From NCBI GenBank assembly GCA_951406725.2, contig OX597816.1:152024001-152088000 (forward strand): a DNA stretch of 64,000 nt. The letters are read 5' to 3'. Positions 25,820 to 39,275 of the stretch are shown here, one piece after another. The translations under genes were made by a program, and so were the position numbers. Under the pieces are notes generated by a model. That model did no database searches. It was given only the letters and a program-made list of their open reading frames with translations, and had not been told where the DNA came from. This DNA comes from Octopus vulgaris. Taxonomy: Eukaryota. The first letter of the stretch is position 1; every line of letters begins with the position of its first letter.

Positions 25820-26270
25820 ATGGGACATTCCTAAGAGATGAATCCCAAATTTGTGGTTTATGAGGATTTACACGACTAGTCAGTATCCTTCCTGTCTCCC
25901 CAATGTAGATTTCATTGCACTGTGAGCATGTAATGCAGTAGATGAGGTTTTTTTGTTTTGTAATTCATGTTTGCATTCACTTTTAATTCCTTCATATTCT
26001 TGAATTTTTGGTTGTCCCTAGCTCAATTCACATTTCCCACAACGGGGGTCTCCACAGTTGGTTACTTGCATCGTTTCTTTTTCAAATATGAATTTCGCCT
26101 TTGTTAGAAGTCTCTTGAGGTTTGGTGGTTGTCTTTGACTGTCGATAACCTGTGATCTTTTAATTATTCGTTGGAGATTTGGTGATTGATATAGACTTGG
26201 GAGGTATTGTTTGGCTCAGTGCAGGATTTTGTGGTGTCTAGGATTGTGGATGACTACAAATGAAATATTT
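25820..26270 (-). pseudogene. Penelope-like (Neptune-type) linker + GIY-YIG endonuclease remnant
   Basis: Minus-strand SQRQPPNLKRLLTKG...RCGKC...NLIYCITCSQCNEIYIGETGRILTSR, which is not in the ORF track. Confidence 0.85.
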
Positions 26271-26692
26271 GTATTTATATTTTTGTTTTCACACCCAGAA
26301 AAACAATAAAACTACAAAAATAACAACTTCCTCTTGCATACATTATTCAAGAACACATGTGTTTGAAAAGATAATCGAAATCGCTTACACACGCTAGAAA
26401 GAAACTCCTTCCACAAAGATTAGTAACGTTCTGATAAAGAATTTATAACTCAAAATGTAAATAAATAATTAAAAAAAATCTTTTTCATACTTAGTAAAAC
26501 TGTATCAAGTCTTTTAAACACACACACACATGCAACATATATACATACATACGTGCATGTATACGTACATATACTATTTAAAACAAAATTAAGCTGAAAG
26601 AAATTACTCAAATTGGCCAGAGGCTTTTATACGAGCAACATAGATAAATACAGGTAGATCGAAAGCCATAAATTCCTGATTTATCGAAATCA

Positions 26693-26753
<61 letters not shown>

Positions 26754-26966
26754 CAAGAAAGTTAGAGGTTGTGAATCCAACCAACTAAGGGATAATACCT
26801 CAATTTCATCTACTTATTACTTTCGTAATGCGGCGGATTCTTGTACTACGCAAAATGGTGTCACTTCCATGAAAAATCAAAAGAACGATTTGTGGTTTGT
26901 AGAACGTATTTCACATTAAAAAAATGTGCATATCTCTGGTGGGTGAACTTGGTGTGTTCGTATCTA

Positions 26967-28252
26967 TTGGGTTGGCAACTGAGTTCCCGCCGTCTTTTTA
27001 AATTTTGGAATTTATTGCGTTTTTAAATTTTGGAATCTATTTTTTTCGAGAATTCTATTTTTGAATCATTTTGGAATTTTTTTTTTTTTTGGTTTTTTCT
27101 AGGTAATTTTAGTTAATTTTTGTTTATTTTCAGATCATAAAAATGAAATGTCAAGTTAAGAAAAACGAGCATTTTCGACACTTCCTTCTTTTTGCTTTTA
27201 ATCAAGGATCTAAGGCCACAAAAGCTGCCCGCGACACTTGTACTGTGTATGGAAAGGTTGCCATAGCTGAAAAACCGCTCGTGATTGGTATGCCAAGTTC
27301 AAAAATGGAAATTTTGACCTCAAAGACGCCGTCCAGTTGAGTTCGAAGAAGAGCGATTAAAACAACTTTTGCGCGAAAATTCTCGTCAAACGACAAGGGA
27401 AGTGGCAGAGAAAATGGAATGCTCCCACACTGCTATAGAGAAGCATCTTCACTCGATAGGAAAGGTTCAGAAGTATGGAGCATGGGTTCCGCATGCTTTA
27501 AGTGACAACAACAAAAATCAACGAGCCACAATCTCTGCTGATTTGCTTGCTGGTCACCGCTCAACTCATGGACACAAGCGACGATTTTTTACCGAATCGT
27601 TACTAGCGACGAAAAATGGTGCCTGTACATCAATATAAAGCAGCGTAAGGAATAGGTTAGCCCCAGTAAACAAGCGAAACCGCGCATGAAACAAGATCTT
27701 CATCCGCGTAAAACGATGTTGTGCGTATGGTGGGACTGGAAAGGGATTATCAATTACGAATTGCTTGAACGGAACCAAACGGTCGATGCGGAACTATGTT
27801 CAACGGATGGAACGACTCAACACGGCTATTCAAGAGAAAAGACCTAATTGTTAGTATAGAGTTCTTCTGCTGCACGACAACGCCCGCCCTCATATCGCCA
27901 ATATGACCAAGGAAGCCATTCAAACGCATTGCTGGGAAGTGCTGCCACACCCGCCGGACTCTCCTGATATGGTACCAACGGATTTCCACTTCTTTCGATC
28001 TCTTTCAAATGCTATGCGCGGAGTTTCGTTTAATACTAATGCAGAATTGAGAGCTTGGTTGGATTAATTTTTCAAGTCGAAATCGGGTGATTTCTACCAA
28101 CGAGGTACTGAAAATCTTGTTGAACGTTGGAAAGAAGTTGTAAACCACGAGGGTGAATACATTATTGATTAATTAGTTGTTATTTTTTTATTAAACCTTT
28201 TAAAAATTTTAATTAAAAAAGAAAAACGCTGGGAACTTAGTTGCCAACCCAA
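26967..28252 (+). mobile_element. Full-length mariner DNA transposon (inactive)
   Basis: TIRs ttgggttggcaactgagttccc / gggaacttagttgccaacccaa, TA on both sides, ~1286 bp. Confidence 0.96.
27143..28170 (+). pseudogene. mariner DD34D-type transposase with frameshifts and stops
   Basis: WVPHAL, DEKW, KTMLCVWWDWKG, LHDNARPH, HPPDSPDMVPTDFHFF motifs across frames. Confidence 0.95.
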
Positions 28253-29364
28253 TAGTTTGCTTGGTTAAAAAGAATCGGAAGTTGTCAGATTGGTTAAATT
28301 TCATATGATCGGATGAGTCGAAATTTAATTTCCATCGGCTCTGATAGAAGAATCGCTACAGCTTTGGATATATTATATTACGTTATGCTATACGTTCCGG
28401 TTCATTGTGCTTTGAGTTTAAATCACGCCGAGTTCAACTATGGCTTTCGTCCTTTCAGGGTCGATAAATAAAGTAACAGGCCAGGACAGTAGTGAGATGG
28501 TAGAATTGTTAGAATGTTTGGGAAAATGCCTTGTAGTATTTTTTCAAATGATCATTAGCATCGGCTGTTATTTTTACTCCAGACAATAAAAAAGGAAATC
28601 TGCAACACGGGCAAAGCTGGACTTAAAGTACACTCCGGTAATTTGGAACATGGAGAGTAACTTTCCTGCTGTGGTTATTTAATCTCACCAGACACATGAT
28701 AGGCCTGAATATATAATAAATAATAAAACAACATTAACTCGTATTACATTTTGTGTTCTGGTGATTTCTTGTGGTTCGTTAAGTTAATCTATTTTGTTTT
28801 ATTGTAATGAACTGACATGGAAATTGTTTGATATTTTTCATTTTCCTTTGATATTCTTCAATAACCCAAGCCAAAACAGATTTATGTTTCAAAAGCGTAT
28901 GCAACATTATTTTACTCATTGCTTTATAACACAATAATTGTATTTTTATAATTTACATAAGTTCCGTCCAATCCTAACCACTTTTTAAAAATTAATATTA
29001 CCTGGCAGAACAATCGTTTCCCTTATCCCCAAAGGAATTTCGGATGCTTAACCAAGTAGCTATGCCACATAATTTTATTTTCGCCTCTTTGTTGCCGATA
29101 TTCCATTAGTTTTGAAAAAAAAATGCGTATTCTCTAAATATTCTTAAATTTAGATGGTATTTATTTTTTATGATGTTCCTGATATTGTCAATAATTGCTC
29201 TTTACAAATTAAAAGTTTTTGCATTTAAAATTCCGAATTAAGAAAGAAAAATAATTATTTTTCACTTCATATATAGTTGAATCTCAGGTGATTGAATAAA
29301 TGAAAATAAATAATTGTCAGTATATTCGTCTTTAAATGAAAATTGAAGTAACACCTATGAATGA

Positions 29365-29637
29365 ATGTATATATATGTATGTATGTTTGTATGTATGTAT
29401 GTATGTATGTATGTATGTATGTATGTATGTATGTATGTATGTATGTATGTATGTATGTATGTATTTGTATATGTATGTGTATATGTGTGTATGTGTATAT
29501 GTATGCATGTGTATATATATATATATGTATGTGTATATGTATGTATGCCTATATATGTATTTATATATGTTTGTTTGTATGTCTATATATATATATATAT
29601 ATATGTATATGTGTATGTATATATCTATGTATGCATG

Positions 29638-29697
<60 letters not shown>

Positions 29698-29785
29698 GGT
29701 GTGTGTGTGTCTATATGTATGTATATATGTATGCATATGTGCATGTCTGTATGCGTGCGTGTGTGTGTGCGTACGTGTGAGTGTA
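29365..29785. repeat. (TATG)/(TA)n compound microsatellite
   Basis: Direct reading. Confidence 0.97.
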
Positions 29786-30027
29786 TGCAGTCGACTCCGC
29801 TTATTTGCATAGCCTTAATAACTCAAAACCTTTATGCAATTAACTGAGTTCTCGCACAATGAGATATATAACGAAATTGTTCAGATAATTTACTTGTGGT
29901 TCATTTAGTCCAAGCTATCAGGTTTTATGTAATGAATCGATATGAAAAATCGTTTGATATTTTTCAGTTTCCTTTGATATACTTCAATTACCCAAACTAA
30001 AACAGATTTATATGTTTCGATAACATA

Positions 30028-30445
30028 TAGGCGCAGGAGTGGCTGTGTGGTAAGTAGCTTGTTAACCAACCACATGGTTCCGGGTTCAGTCCCACTGTGT
30101 GGCACCTTGGGCAAGTGTCTTCTGCTATAGCCCCGGGCCGACCAATGCCTTGTGAGTGGATTTGGTAGACGGAAACTGAAAAGAAGCCTGTCGTATATAT
30201 GTATATATATATGTATTTGTGTGTATGTTTGTGTGTCTGTGTTTGTCCCCCTAGCATTGCTTGACAACCGATGTTGGTGTGTTTACGTCCCCGTCACTTA
30301 GCGGTTCGGCAAAAGAGACCGATGGAATAAGTACTGGGCTTACAAAGAATAAGTCCCGGGGTCGATTTGCTCGACTAAAGGCGGCGCTCCAGCATGGCCG
30401 CAGTCAAATGACTGAAACAAGTAAAAGAGTAAAGAGTAAAGAGTA
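30028..30445 (+). mobile_element. SINE family B, full length
   Basis: Nearly identical to 57407-57830, with (AAAGAGT)n tail. Confidence 0.93.
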
Positions 30446-30969
30446 TATGCACCATTATTTCACTCACTATTCCCTAACACAATAAATACGTACACTTATT
30501 TTACTTATGTTCCATCTAATTCTAGCTGTCTATATTTATCATTGATATGAATCGACATGAGCCGTTTGACATATCCCCAGAGAAATTTCATTTTTCCTTG
30601 ATCTTCTTCAATTAATCAAGCTTTACTGGTCTCATACACACTGGCAAGAACTTTCACATACTTTGAATTACTTAATAATTATAATAATTAGTGCATTCTG
30701 AGTAATGAAAAAAATTAGATTAATCATAAGTTAATATAGTCAATAACGGACGCAACAAAACATGATCCGTTCACCGCTTGGTCCAGAGGTCATCGATAAC
30801 GAATATTCATATATCTAAGAAATTACACCATAATATAAAACTTGATTGATTGAAATGGCGAGAATAATTTGAATACACTTGACTCATTTAACATCAGTTG
30901 GTTAAGTTCTCATTAATGTCATTTGATTAGTCATAATAAAGACGGTGGCTTCCTGAAAAAGAATCACTT

Positions 30970-31067
<98 letters not shown>

Positions 31068-31094
31068 TGTGTGTGTATTGTGTAAGACAGTGGG

Positions 31095-31285
31095 GAGGAT
31101 GAATTGTTAGCATGTCGTACAGGATGCTTAGTGGTATTCCGTCTGGCTCTTTACGTTCTGAGTTCAAATTCCTTCGAGGTCAACTTTACTTTTCATCCCT
31201 TCACGTTTGACAAAATAAAGTACCAATCAATTACTGAGATTGCTGTAACCGCCGTGATCCCTCCCCTCAAAAATGTTGCACTTGA
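31095..31285 (+). mobile_element. Degraded SINE family A
   Basis: ttacgttctgagttcaaattcc..gaggtcaacttt..tttcatcc. Confidence 0.78.
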
Positions 31286-31439
31286 ACCCTGCACGGGTTC
31301 TATTCAGGGGTAATGTTGTGATCACGGTCACTCATACGTAACGGAAACCGAGTAACCGGTTTATGAGACCTAAATAATACACACATGCACACACACACAT
31401 ACACATGCCATAAGTAGAGAAAGATATCTAATAGGCTCA

Positions 31440-31985
31440 CGGTTAAAATCATATATTCTTGCCTCCTTATTGTAAATGTCTGTATTAATAAACAGCCGAT
31501 GAGTCAGTCCTGTCCTGGATGCACATGCAGAGATAAATCTAAATGTCCTCCAGGATGGACATGCGATATATGCTCCGTCGTTTATGAAGTACGGGTATCA
31601 GCAAACTATGCTAACGACCGGACAGAGACCAAGTATTACACTGGATCAGCAGAAGTAAAATTTAAATCCTGTTACAACAACCATCTTTCAAACTTTAGAC
31701 ACATTGAGAAGAGACATACAACGATCCTCTTGGCATTAATCTGGAAACTTAAGGATGAGAACGTCAGCTACAACATCAAATGGAAGATCCTTTCCAAGCC
31801 CAAACCCTACATTAATGGGTCAGAAAGATGTTTCACGCGCTCGCTTCAAAAATTGTATCTTTTCAAAACTTAAGAATCTCTAGTGACTGTGTAAATGCCA
31901 TGAAAAAGATTCTTTCTTTGTGTACGCATTTTAGAAAATACATCTTCATTGCCCACATTCGTGAAATTTCGCCTTTTAGTGGCTT
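31440..31985 (+). pseudogene. Penelope-like (Naiad-type) GIY-YIG endonuclease remnant
   Basis: ORF 31499-31873 CTCRDKSKCP...VVYEV...YYTG..E.KFKSCYNNH..NFRH...IWKLKDENVSYNIKWKILSKPKPY..GSERC. Confidence 0.88.
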
Positions 31986-31992
31986 GTATTAA

Positions 31993-32071
<79 letters not shown>

Positions 32072-32496
32072 AGGGGGAAGTGAATGGACCCTGGATTCTC
32101 ATTTAAGTACTGAAGTCTTTGCTCGAATGTTTCTGCTAGCTTCTTTCCTTCGCTCCCAAGAGTTTGCACTCCGAGATTCATGCGAGTCAGCTGTCAACTT
32201 CCGGACCATCTTGGGTCTCATAAGCTTACAATTCAACTTAGATAACCCATAAAAATAGCCTTTGTTACGGTGACATAGTTTAGTGCACAGAATATTTCTT
32301 TTCTTTCAGGTTCGACGCCTGTAGCAAAAAAGTGATATGCCTGTTTGCTTTCACCAGTATTGCCAAGGAGTTCAAATGTCTCTCTCTCTCTTCTTCCTTC
32401 CGCCTCTCTCTCTACTCTCGGTGGCTGTCACAGATGTAATATATCCCTTTTACCCTCTCGGTAACTTTCAGAGATAAATACTCTTACGTTATATAC

Positions 32497-32583
<87 letters not shown>

Positions 32584-32643
32584 TTATATATATATATATA
32601 TATATATGTATACACACACACACACACATACATATATATATAC

Positions 32644-32872
32644 ATGAGAAAAAAGAATAAAATGGAGAAATTGATATATAAACATCAGTTTATTCAAAGA
32701 TATTCAACCTGTTTCAATATGAAAATTTTAAATTAATTAAATTCAATTTCTATAATTAAATTAATTGGATATGGAAACGGCTGTAGGGATAAGAATTTCA
32801 TATCATATTGATTTGAATATCTTTGAATAAACTGATGCCTGTATGTCAATATCTCCATTTTCTTTTTCTCAT
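32644..32872. repeat. Inverted repeat enclosing the 3' half of a hammerhead (GAAAC-GGCU-GUA)
   Basis: catcagtttattcaaagatattcaa vs ttgaatatctttgaataaactgatg; gaaacggctgtagggat at 32774-32790. Confidence 0.75.
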
Positions 32873-32957
32873 TCATACAAAACAAGTTCAAAATCAAAAG
32901 AAACGCGAATAAATGTTTTTAAGTAAACAAAAACAAAAGCAAAATGTATCTCTATTC

Positions 32958-33240
32958 TGGCACTCCGTGGATTACGACGGCGAATGTTCCGGTTGAGCAG
33001 ATCAATAGAACAGCCTACCCGTGAAATTAACGACTGAAACCGCCATAGACGCGTACTCTTAATATAGTTTTAGGGAAATTCAGCGTGACACAAAATGTGA
33101 CATGACTGGCCCCTTTGAATTACAGGTACAAATCATTTTTTGCCAGCTGAGTGGATTGGAGCAACCTGAAATAAAGTGTTTTGCTCAAGGACAGAATGCA
33201 TCGATCGTGGGTCAAATACTCTAACCACTTGGCCATAAGC
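32958..33240 (-). mobile_element. SINE family D, degraded
   Basis: Homologous to 20460-20780. Confidence 0.85.
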
Positions 33241-34169
33241 TTTCACTAGTATCTGTGTTACAAACAATATAAACAATGTGTTTAAAATAATAATTTTATG
33301 CAAAGTTACCCTGATTAGAATTTGGCTAATTAGCCAACAAATGAGTGCTTCATTTCCCGGGTAACACTGGTTGTCCTTCCACTAACTCTATTAAAATCTT
33401 CTTTCCGTCTTTCTTGGATGTTTACACCAGATGTTATTAGCTTCTCATCAATACACAAATAGTGTTTTTGTTTTCTTTACTTCTAATCTCAATTATTATT
33501 TCATAAACTTTTCTCATTGCTCAACTGTCTCTTGCAGTGAATAATTTATCTGTTCATCAACTTTCTCTTCGAAGGATATTCCTTTATTTCTTCTTAAATA
33601 TCTTTTCATCTCTCTATCGAAACTCCAATATTAGCGATTCAAAATCTACCACATTCCCTCTCCAACTTTCAACAATTTGGTTTTCTTCCTTTCATGCCTC
33701 AACAACTTCCCCTATTCCACCCGAAATACATTTTCTTTAGCTTTCTTTTCTTCAGTCCAGAACCCTCTCCACTAGATTCTGGTATTCTCCCTTTAAATTT
33801 CCCCCCTTGCCGTTGATTTCTACATCATATTCATCTGAAGCATTACAAATCGGTTTCAACATTCAATTACAAGTGTAACTTTAACTGTATCATACATGAA
33901 CTTCTCTTGAACCAAGAATTTCTGTCTTCTTTGCTTTAGCCTTCAACTTTAACTGACCTGTTCCTATTTATAACTGATGGTTATTTCTGATATTTGTATC
34001 TAGCTATGTTCTAGTAATTCGGAGTCGGAATACATGTTCTATCAGCGATTTATCAAAATATTATTAATATGATTCCGATAGTTTGTTTTTTTTATTTGGA
34101 TATTTCTGTGCATATTTATGAAATACATATATATTTATATATGCATATGAATTATATATATTGCAGCAT

Positions 34170-34300
34170 GGGAGGTATTTATAAGCCATTTAAAAACACA
34201 TAAAAATCGTTAGATTAATTTCAACATATAAATTTAATTTGTCAAAATATTTTCGTCGCTTTGAAACCGCGGCCTGTTCACTAACAAAACTCCGTGCAAC
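34170..34300 (-). mobile_element. Short pLTR-like repeat carrying a G3-C8 hammerhead variant
   Basis: Contains the fold at 34239-34286. Element identity and boundaries are inferred. Confidence 0.5.
34239..34286 (-). ncRNA. Minimal type I hammerhead with swapped G3-C8 pair
   Basis: UUGUUA-GUGAACA-G-GCCGC-gguuucaaa-GCGAC-GAAA-AUAU-UU-UGACAA. Stem I 6 bp (one GU), stem II 4 of 5 bp, palindromic AAUAUU in place of stem III. Confidence 0.65.
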
Positions 34301-34369
34301 ATTTTGAAAGAGACTTCGAGAAGTATCGCTTGAAGAAGGTGATGTGGGCAGCAGAAGAGAGAAAAGGTC

Positions 34370-34599
34370 TAGACCCTTGGGGGTCCATAAAAGATTTTGT
34401 TGCTAAAGTTTATCTGCAATAAATTGGTTATACCTCTACACCACACAAAATATTTTGACATTTTTTTCTATAATTCCTAATGATATTTAATTATAAAAAT
34501 ATAATAAGATTTTTTAAACATTGAATGACTACGGTGGTCTAGTAGAGTAAAACAGCAATCAAAGGGGTCCATAGGTAAAAAAATAGTTGAAAATCACTG
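34370..34599. mobile_element. hAT-type MITE fragment (right end)
   Basis: ggggtccata present twice; terminus gttgaaaatcactg (CAGTG-type TIR). Confidence 0.5.
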
Positions 34600-35122
34600 T
34601 TGATGATGCTCAAAAATAAAGACGGGCTGTTGGTGACAGTCAAAAGGAAGGTGGAGGAGGTCTATGAAATCTTTTACACCAAGTAATTTTGGCCAATAAA
34701 ATAATGTTTTAAAGCTGAAGAGAAATAAAATCCCGGGAAAGGATGAGATAACAGCAGTTAAAAATATATGAGAGTGGCTATAGAAAATCTTTAATTTACG
34801 TTACAATCGATATTTGAAAGAGAGAAAAATACTCTCACTGTAGGAGAAATTGAGATCTATCTTACTTTAGAAAATAGGTGATTGAGAAGATCTGAGAAAT
34901 TATTGTCCCTATGCTTCTTGTCTAACTGTCATGAGCTATTTACATGGTTCGTAGTCATCAGACTATCGAAACATCTCGGTAACCACAGCCAAGAAAGCAA
35001 ACAGGTCTTTGGAGGAATTTCAGCACGACAGACCACATATTTACTCCAATACAGCTTCTAGAACGAGTGAAAATGAATTAGCAGTCTTTTGCATCGCCTT
35101 CATTTTTTTGTGTTTGTGTGTG

Positions 35123-35231
<109 letters not shown>

Positions 35232-35316
35232 TGTTTTTGTTGGCAGCTGATCTAGTGGCTAGTTACTTTGAAGTTTTCCCGTCATTTTCCAAGTTCTTCA
35301 GGCAGCAAAAAGGTAT

Positions 35317-35352
<36 letters not shown>

Positions 35353-36637
35353 ACATATATATATATATATATATATATATCTGAGGAAATTATATTTTAT
35401 AAATTTTGAGAAATATTTTCTAAAGTATTTTCTCTCGGGAAATGCATGAACGTTATAACTTCCATTTTCCTATCTCCTGATTACAACACAGCTAACGGTT
35501 TATTGATGTGTGTCCCTTAACATGAAAGGTCAACACTATTCACTGTTTGTCATCCTAGTGTATTAGATATTGATTTATCTAATGCATTAGTACACACACA
35601 CAAACACACACACACTTGTATGTATTATGCGTGTGTGTATACATTTGGAAAGACTTGTAATAAACTAGTAGCCACTATCAAATAAAGATTCAGTATGAGA
35701 ATATTTATTAAATTAAAATATATATATTAAATATATGTTTCGTGTGCGCAGGCGTTTGACTACATGCATTTATTTGCTTATGTATATTCGTTAAATCCTG
35801 TTCCAATCTTTGCCATAAATATATATTTTCTTTTTCAACATTGTTTTATGGTACCACATATCCTATCAGCTTTCACATTTTCACCAATCTCTATTGAACT
35901 TAATCCTTCAACCACTTATTTCTCTTCAACTAAACTTATCACTTTATTCAATACATGACTCAGGTAATATCACAATGTTTTTCCAGTTTTACTTCATTAA
36001 GTCTCCTGTGGCTTCCAGAAAAGATACCGTTTGTGAATTCACTTCTCGCACTAATACATTTTACACCTAACTTATGCTCTGTCTCATTTTATTGTCACAT
36101 ATTATGCTCACTCTTCTGGCCTATAGTTTGTTTTTTCTCACTACCTCTCACTCTCTTTCCCATCACTTTATTTTCGTTATATATTCTGCTCTTGTGTCCT
36201 GTTACCAGTCCTTATTTACATATCGAAGGATAAATATTTCTCTGTAGCTTTGAATTTTATATCTGTCTCTTATACTATCTTCCCATCCTCTAAGTAAATA
36301 TTTCTTTGTTGGTGCATCACTAAAATTACGACCTCTTCCTTAAAATACACATGTCTTTATCTTTAAATAATTCCGTTATATTTTGTATCATGTTACATTC
36401 GTACATGCATACACAAATCCTCATTTCATACACTACAAATGATTGCAGAATCTGAGACTAGAAAAATGTGCAAGACTCTCTTAAGATGTAAAGAATGCTG
36501 AATAAAACAAGATACTTTCCTTCACAGCGCGGAAGGAAAGTATATATATATATATATATAAAGGGAAAGTTTACGAAAATAAACAAAAGAGGAAGGCAGG
36601 TGTAGTACAAACAAACAAATGTATTAGTATATATATA

Positions 36638-37059
36638 TAGGCGCAGGAGTGGCTGTGTGGTAAGTAGCTTGTTTACCAACCACATGGTTCCGGGTTCAGT
36701 TCCACTGCGTGGCACCTTGGGCAAGTGTCTTCTACTATAGCCTCGGGCCGACCAAAGCCTTGTGAGTGGATTTGGTAGACGGAAACTGAAAGAAGCCCGT
36801 CGTATATATGTATATATATATGCGTGTGTGTGTTTGTGTGTCTGTGTTTGTCCCCCTAGCATTGCTTGATAACCGATGCTGGTGTGTTTATGTCCCCGTT
36901 ACTTAGCGGTTCGGCAAAAGAGACCGATAGAATAAGTACTGGGCTTACAAAAGAATAAGTCCCGGGGTCGAGTTGCTCGATTAAAGGTGGTGCTCCAGCA
37001 TGGCCGCAGTCAAATGACTGAAACAAGTAAAAGAGTAAAAGAGTAAAAGAGTAAAAAGA

Positions 37060-37060
<1 letters not shown>
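36638..37060 (+). mobile_element. SINE family B, full length
   Basis: Family consensus match, flanked by (TA)n. Confidence 0.93.
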
Positions 37061-37144
<84 letters not shown>

Positions 37145-37159
37145 CATATATATATATAT

Positions 37160-37320
37160 AATGGAACAAAGACGCAATAGAGGACAATAAAACATCCTGA
37201 CAGATAGACGATACAAAGGTGGACAAGAAAAACAACAAATAGAAGGACAGGAAAAAAAAGGACTGATCATTCGTAGCCTTCTTTCTTTAGTCAAGTTTCC
37301 AGATTGTCTTTACAGTTTCA
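37160..37320 (+). repeat. Third copy of the repeat family at 13594-13760/13800-13921
   Basis: aaaacatcc..acagatagacgatacaaa...cattcgtagccttctttctttagtcaag aligns with those copies. Confidence 0.7.
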
Positions 37321-38369
37321 TGCATGTATGTCTATATGCAGGCGACTGCTCAGAGATACACTGTCGGTAACAGCGCATTTCTTTGAACTCTGTTTATATA
37401 TTTCTTCTATTTGAAAAGGTGAATTTTTTGTCGAAATACCAAAGGATCATTATGCAAAGTATGTAAGTTTTTTTTTTGTTTTGCCTTTCAGGATTAGACC
37501 AAGGATATCTTCTAGTTAGAGATTCAGTCTTTGTTGATGCGCTGCTCTGCGTCAAGCTGTGTAAGCGGGCAAAACTAGAAGAAGGAGATGAAGGATAAGT
37601 GTAGCCTGGACCATTAAGATGGCTAGAGAATCATGACAAGTATAGTCTCCACTATATACAGGCCCAGAACTACAGCTGTCGAACTCTGTCTCCTTTGTCA
37701 GACTATCTAAACAGAATTAGCCAGTAAAAACCCATCACAAGTTATACTTTGTGATTTAGCGTATATTTGTTTAAGGTAGACGATAGCTTGCCGGGTTGAA
37801 ACCCACGCACCATAGCTCCAGGTCCTTCATTTGAGGCACACATGGTGTAACATGCTGACTCAGAAAAGGAGTTGCATCGACTTGCCGAGAAAACAGATCT
37901 TTGGATTTCGCCTCTGAAGCAGTAGGTTCCAATCTATGAGGCCTCGCCTTCCTCAGTCAGACTGACTGGCAAGTGAGTTTTAAGTCGGAGTTTCCCTTCT
38001 CCTACTCTAACCTACTGGAGGTGTTTGAGTATCAATGATTGGCCTTCATACTTTGGGTTCATTATTTTCGCATAGTTGGGACCTTAACAGGTGCTATCAC
38101 CCCGGGTCATGGTGAACCGGGGAGCAACAGCAATTAAGAGGTGGTTCAACACTCCTCAGAACATCTAACCTTCTAATCAGAGATGTATCCTTGGTATGAC
38201 GATAGACTACATCCGGCAGGATTATGTAAGGCAATGCAATACCTTTTCTCATTGTTTCCATTCATTGACATCATCTTACATATTTAATTTAACTCTTCAC
38301 CAGCGTTATTTAAAGGTTTTTACAAACTTTTACAACATTCTGCATACTGTAATATTTCAAGCAAACTAC

Positions 38370-38406
38370 AGTATGTATGATGTATGTATGTATGTATGTA
38401 TGTATG

Positions 38407-38440
<34 letters not shown>

Positions 38441-38465
38441 TGTATGTATTATGTATGTATGTACG

Positions 38466-38508
<43 letters not shown>

Positions 38509-38543
38509 ATATATATATATATATATCTACCTTTCACTCTCTT

Positions 38544-38576
<33 letters not shown>

Positions 38577-38695
38577 ATCTATCTCCTATCTCTTTGTATA
38601 TGTTTGTATGTATGTATGTATGTATGTATGTATGTATGTATGTATGTATGTATTATGTATGTATGCATGTATGTATGTATGTATGTATGTATATG
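38370..38695. repeat. Compound (TATG)/(TATC)/(TC)n microsatellite
   Basis: Direct reading. Confidence 0.97.
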
Positions 38696-38957
38696 TAAGT
38701 GGTTCTCAGCGTTCACCCTCTTAAATGTCTCGCTATAATCCATAATGAGGCCGTTTTTGTATGTCTCTGATGTTTGGTATTTACTATATTATTACGGTGT
38801 TCTGTTTCGAAGTCCAGTCTCAACCTGGTGCTACTACGAATATTTAACTACAAATCATAATGCAAAAATTAATGCTTGCATAATGTATTCAATACTCAAA
38901 TAAACCCGTCATTTTCGACGAGTTCTTCTCCAATATATGTGAAGTGTATACATATAT

Positions 38958-39185
38958 ATAGGCGCAAGAGTGACTGTGTGGTAAGTAGCTTGCTTACCAA
39001 CCACATGCTTCCGGGTTCAGTCCCATTGTGTGGCACTTTGGGCAAGTGTCTTCTACTATAGCCTCAGGCCAACCAAAGCCTTGTGAGTGGATTTGGTAGA
39101 CGGAAACTGAAAGAAGCCAGTCGTATATATGCATATATATATATGTATGTCTGTGTATATGTTTTTGTGTGTGTGTGTAAGTAAA

Positions 39186-39268
<83 letters not shown>

Positions 39269-39275
39269 CTGTGTG
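38958..39275 (+). mobile_element. SINE family B head + (TG)n
   Basis: Family match; tail module absent. Confidence 0.88.

Noticed and set aside
32290-32400. Strong splice-acceptor-like tttcttttctttcag|G
   Set aside because: No convincing donor or recognisable coding frame, so an exon cannot be called without RNA data.
33300-34020. Possible very old minus-strand LINE remnant
   Set aside because: Only vague similarity and no diagnostic motif readable.
37930-37962. Minus-strand CUGAGGA-AGGC-gag-GCCU
   Set aside because: Not followed by GAAA.
37960-38225. RTE-like UTR fragments / possible HDV-like ribozyme
   Set aside because: I could not build the nested double pseudoknot, and the family assignment is only an impression.
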